A DNA stretch of 18,959 nucleotides from Minisyncoccota bacterium (GTDB lineage: Bacteria > Patescibacteriota > Minisyncoccia > Phycocordibacterales > DATDSR01), in the NCBI GenBank assembly GCA_036517855.1, contig DATDSR010000026.1, positions 1-18,959 on the forward strand. The letters run 5' to 3'. The stretch's first letter is position 1; each line of letters opens with the position of its first letter. The notes beneath the pieces were generated by a model. That model ran no database searches and was not told the origin of the DNA. It was given only the letters and a program-made list of their open reading frames with translations. The translations under genes and the position numbers were made by a program. Below are positions 16,826 to 18,959 of the stretch, in pieces.

Positions 16826-16900
16826 ACCGATTTAATAGCAGGGTTTAATCACAGCGGTGTCGTCTCGAAGTAAGTTCGAGCCGACTCGTAGATACTCCAC
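16721..16900 (+). repeat. Copy C of the repeat family, directly abutting the murA start
   Basis: 16761-16900 is about 98% identical to 1-139. 16721-16900 is the inverted partner of 11710-11889. It ends 12 nt before the murA ATG. The terminal TCCAC (16896-16900) can pair with GTGGA (16909-16913), which includes the A of the start codon. Confidence 0.9.
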
Positions 16901-16912
16901 TAACAAAAGTGG

Positions 16913-18244
16913 ATGTCAACATTTATCGTTAACGGCGGGGAAAAATTAGGTGGTGTTTATGAAGTTTCTGGGGCTAAGAATGCTGGTCCCAAACTTATCA
17001 TTGCCGCCATGCTTAGCGACAAGGAGTGTTTACTGCGCAATATTCCCAGAATTTCTGACACAGAGAAAATTATGTCGGCCATCCGACAGATGGGCGGAGA
17101 GTGCTCGTGGAGCGGTGACCATGAGGTTAAAGTTAACTGCGCTAATCTCAAGGACCCGCACGTGCCCGATGTTGTGTTAACGGCGAGGCACGCAGTGCTC
17201 TTCATCGGTGCAACGCTGGCGCGATTAGGCAAACTGCGGATAGAGAAGATTGGTGGCGACAAAATCGGCAAGCGGCCAATCGATCGTCTGCTCGGAGGTC
17301 TTGAGAGTCTTGGAGCCCAGGTCATTGAGAAGAATGGCGTCCTAGAAATGAGCATGCCAGAGCGGCTAGCCTCGCGCGATTACACCTTCGCCAAGAACAC
17401 TCACACAGGCACGGAGTCGCTTATACTCGGGTCAATTTTTAATTCAGGAATAGTGACAATCAGGAATGCCGCAGAAGAACCCGAAGTAGATAACCTCATA
17501 GAGTTCACAAATGCCATGGGTGCGAAAGTTCGACGCATCGACCCAAGAGTGATTGAAATTACGGGAGTGCCAAAATTACTGGGCGCAGCAACTGGCAAAT
17601 CTATGTATGATAGACTCGAGGCCGCCACAGCGCTTGCCCTAAATGTGATGAATGGTGGGGGAATCGAGGTACGGAATGTAGATCCCAAAATGGTGAAATT
17701 TTTCACCGACGCACTCGAGCAAATAGGCGCATCAGAACCCAGTACCAAGTACCTGGTACCTGTTACCTTGAAGACTGCTGTTCATCCAGGTTTCATCACG
17801 GACCTTCAACCGATCATGAGTTTGCTCTTGGCGTACAAGGGGGGTGGCAGATCGGAAATACACGAGATGATCTACGAGCAACGTTGGAGTGCTCTACAGG
17901 AGCTCGCCAAGATGGGGGTGAAGTATGAACTCTTCCAGCCCGCGGGCTACACAGCCAACGACTTCAACTTCAACGAGCGTGAGTTCCACAAGAACGACCC
18001 ATACGGAGCATACGTTTGGGGGCCAACTGAACTAAGGGCGGCAGAAGTGGAGTCGCGAGACGTGAGAGCGGGTATCACAGTCCTAATTGCGGCACTCTTT
18101 GCCCAGGGCGAGAGCAAAATCAACGACCCAGACAATCACATAGACAGAGGCTACGAAGATATAGTCGGCAAGCTCCAGCGCCTAGGCGCTGACATCAGGA
18201 GAATTGATTCCCCACTTCGCCAAGGCTACGCGGGGCAGGCATGA
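16913..18244 (+). CDS. murA: UDP-N-acetylglucosamine 1-carboxyvinyltransferase (MurA), Asp variant at the fosfomycin-target position
   Basis: 443 aa. The N-terminus FIVNGGEKLGGVYEVSGAKNA matches the MurA start. The active-site loop is KIGGDKIGKRPID (E. coli: PGGCTIGARPVD). HIDRGYEDIVGKLQRLGADI lies at the C-terminus. Confidence 0.93.
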   Translation: MSTFIVNGGEKLGGVYEVSGAKNAGPKLIIAAMLSDKECLLRNIPRISDTEKIMSAIRQMGGECSWSGDHEVKVNCANLKDPHVPDVVLTARHAVLFIGATLARLGKLRIEKIGGDKIGKRPIDRLLGGLESLGAQVIEKNGVLEMSMPERLASRDYTFAKNTHTGTESLILGSIFNSGIVTIRNAAEEPEVDNLIEFTNAMGAKVRRIDPRVIEITGVPKLLGAATGKSMYDRLEAATALALNVMNGGGIEVRNVDPKMVKFFTDALEQIGASEPSTKYLVPVTLKTAVHPGFITDLQPIMSLLLAYKGGGRSEIHEMIYEQRWSALQELAKMGVKYELFQPAGYTANDFNFNEREFHKNDPYGAYVWGPTELRAAEVESRDVRAGITVLIAALFAQGESKINDPDNHIDRGYEDIVGKLQRLGADIRRIDSPLRQGYAGQA

Positions 18245-18279
18245 TTTGTTAAATCAGCAATTGGTGATATTATGATGTT

Positions 18280-18618
18280 ATGAAGAAGAACGTTGGTACT
18301 AAAAGGACAATAAATCTCGACGAGTTCAAGCGTCACACTGGCGTACTTATAGACCATATGGATGATAGGTTTAAAGCCGTTGACGAGCAGTTTAAGATGG
18401 TCGGCGAGCAGTTTAAGATGGTTGATAAGCAATTTAAGACAGTTGATGAGCAATTTAAGACAGTCGGCGCACAGTTCGACGCTCAAAACGAAGTGATCGC
18501 CCAAATGATGGTTGATCCCCAGGAAATAAAATCCGGACTAAAGAAAAAAGTGGATTACGACGACTTTGCAAAACTCGAGAAAAGAGTCGTCAGGATTGAG
18601 GCGCGATTGCATGCCTAA
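18280..18618 (+). CDS. Small coiled-coil protein with tandem heptad repeats (xQFKxVx)
   Basis: 112 aa. The central block DRFKAVDEQFKMVGEQFKMVDKQFKTVDEQFKTVGAQFDAQ is encoded by six 21-bp repeats. The minus-strand ORF 18226..18504 is its mirror artefact. Confidence 0.75.
   Translation: MKKNVGTKRTINLDEFKRHTGVLIDHMDDRFKAVDEQFKMVGEQFKMVDKQFKTVDEQFKTVGAQFDAQNEVIAQMMVDPQEIKSGLKKKVDYDDFAKLEKRVVRIEARLHA
18367..18492 (+). repeat. Six in-frame tandem 21-bp repeats (consensus CAGTTTAAGATGGTNGRNGAG)
   Basis: The units are 18367-18387, 18388-18408, 18409-18429, 18430-18450, 18451-18471 and 18472-18492. The first and last are degenerate. Confidence 0.9.
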
Positions 18619-18737
18619 ACTAAATGTATACACGCGCACTGGCCGCGTGTGAGGGCGAGGTTCAGCAGGCGCTGGAATTCCTCGTTTGGCATCACCTCCT
18701 TCACGGTTCATTCCGTAAGAACTATAGCATTTTAATT

Positions 18738-18801
18738 AGAAAGGAGAAAGCACTCATAGAATGCATTCTCCTTTCTGGGGGAGGCCAACTTCGCCTCCCC
18801 C
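18738..18801. other. Two adjacent perfect hairpins in a non-coding GC-rich tail
   Basis: AGAAAGGAGAA (18738-18748) pairs with TTCTCCTTTCT (18766-18776). It is immediately followed by GGGGGAGGC (18777-18785) pairing with GCCTCCCCC (18793-18801). A further hairpin, ACACGCG-cactggc-CGCGTGT, is at 18630-18650. Confidence 0.5.
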
Positions 18802-18959
18802 TTGTCATGTCCCCTGGACTCGCGTACCGCATTCGGTACATGATGTGGCCCCATAGAGGCTTTTGCCGCAACCTGAACACCGGTCTGTGTCCCCGTAATG
18901 GCGCTTTCCCTCATCTCCCTTTCGGCTACCGCACTTGGAACACGATTGTTGGTTCTTTC

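Larger units (their letters stand above)
11706..16912. mobile_element. Candidate genomic islet: a compositionally mosaic cassette bracketed by inverted repeats
   Basis: Inverted copies B and C flank 4.8 kb that holds a low-GC RM module (about 35-40% GC by eye) and an orphan gene of about 60% GC. It sits between housekeeping genes of about 50% GC (ABC exporter, murA). No recombinase is present. Confidence 0.4.

Noticed and set aside
16721-16900. Diversity-generating retroelement (TR/VR pair) as an explanation for the repeats
   Set aside because: Differences between copies are not confined to adenine positions, none of the copies lies at the 3' end of a target ORF, and there is no reverse transcriptase in the window.
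16233-16912. Group II intron, retron or IS-associated guide RNA as an explanation for the structured region
   Set aside because: A GTGCG pentamer exists on the minus strand of the repeat. However, I find no domain V-like hairpin (AGC triad, 2-nt bulge, GNRA loop), no RT or maturase, no TnpB/IscB/IS110-type gene and no tandem repeats. The adjacent 257-aa protein has no recognisable nuclease or transposase motif.
18367-18492. CRISPR array
   Set aside because: The only tandem repeats in the window are contiguous 21-bp units without spacers, and they are in frame within a CDS. No repeat-spacer architecture exists anywhere in the window.
18226-18504. ORF 18226..18504 (-), 92 aa, with a repeated LKLLIN motif
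   Set aside because: It is the reverse-complement reading of the 21-bp tandem repeats. The plus-strand gene has the better start context and continues into non-repetitive conserved-looking sequence.
18840-18930. TPP (THI-box)-like or c-di-GMP-like riboswitch in the right-hand tail
   Set aside because: AACCTGA...GTAATGGCGC on the plus strand and GCGGCAAAAGCC on the minus strand resemble fragments of those consensus sequences. The partner elements (CTGAGA box, correctly oriented AGGGA, tetraloop and receptor pair) are missing, so I make no call without a covariance-model search.

Overview
This is an 18.96-kb bacterial window, mostly about 50% GC by eye. The shortened ATP synthase subunits and tRNAs without encoded CCA suggest a small-genome or CPR-like bacterium, but that is inference only.

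- **Left 8 kb (minus strand):** a complete F1Fo ATP synthase operon, atpB-E-F-H-A-[extra gene]-G-D-C. The extra 192-aa membrane-anchored gene is translationally coupled between atpA and atpG. Two small membrane or secreted ORFs follow atpC.
- **Middle:** a strongly promoted orphan HicB-like ORF, an acylphosphatase-UppS fusion gene, tRNA-Val(CAC), and a complete 43-aa membrane-peptide unit with promoter, SD and terminator. These are followed by tRNA-Pro(CGG) and tRNA-Ala(CGC) separated by 1 nt, then an MsbA-type ABC exporter.
- **Right, the most interesting part (about 11.7-16.9 kb):** a 5.2-kb compositional mosaic between the ABC exporter and murA.
  - It is bracketed by inverted copies of a GC-rich repeat of about 180 bp. 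A third, near-identical copy lies at the window start.
  - It carries a low-GC restriction-modification module: a C-protein, an endonuclease with an HNH-like motif, and a convergent gamma-class N6-adenine methyltransferase fused to an HsdS-type target-recognition domain (TRD).
  - It also carries an orphan Cys-rich gene of about 60% GC with its own promoter and SD.
  - About 0.5 kb of hairpin-dense non-coding DNA there forms nested long-range helices and may be a structured RNA.
- **After the island:** murA with Asp at the fosfomycin-target Cys position, then a small protein built from six 21-bp (heptad) tandem repeats, then a GC-rich hairpin-rich tail.

No CRISPR array, rRNA, transposase, integrase or reverse transcriptase is visible.
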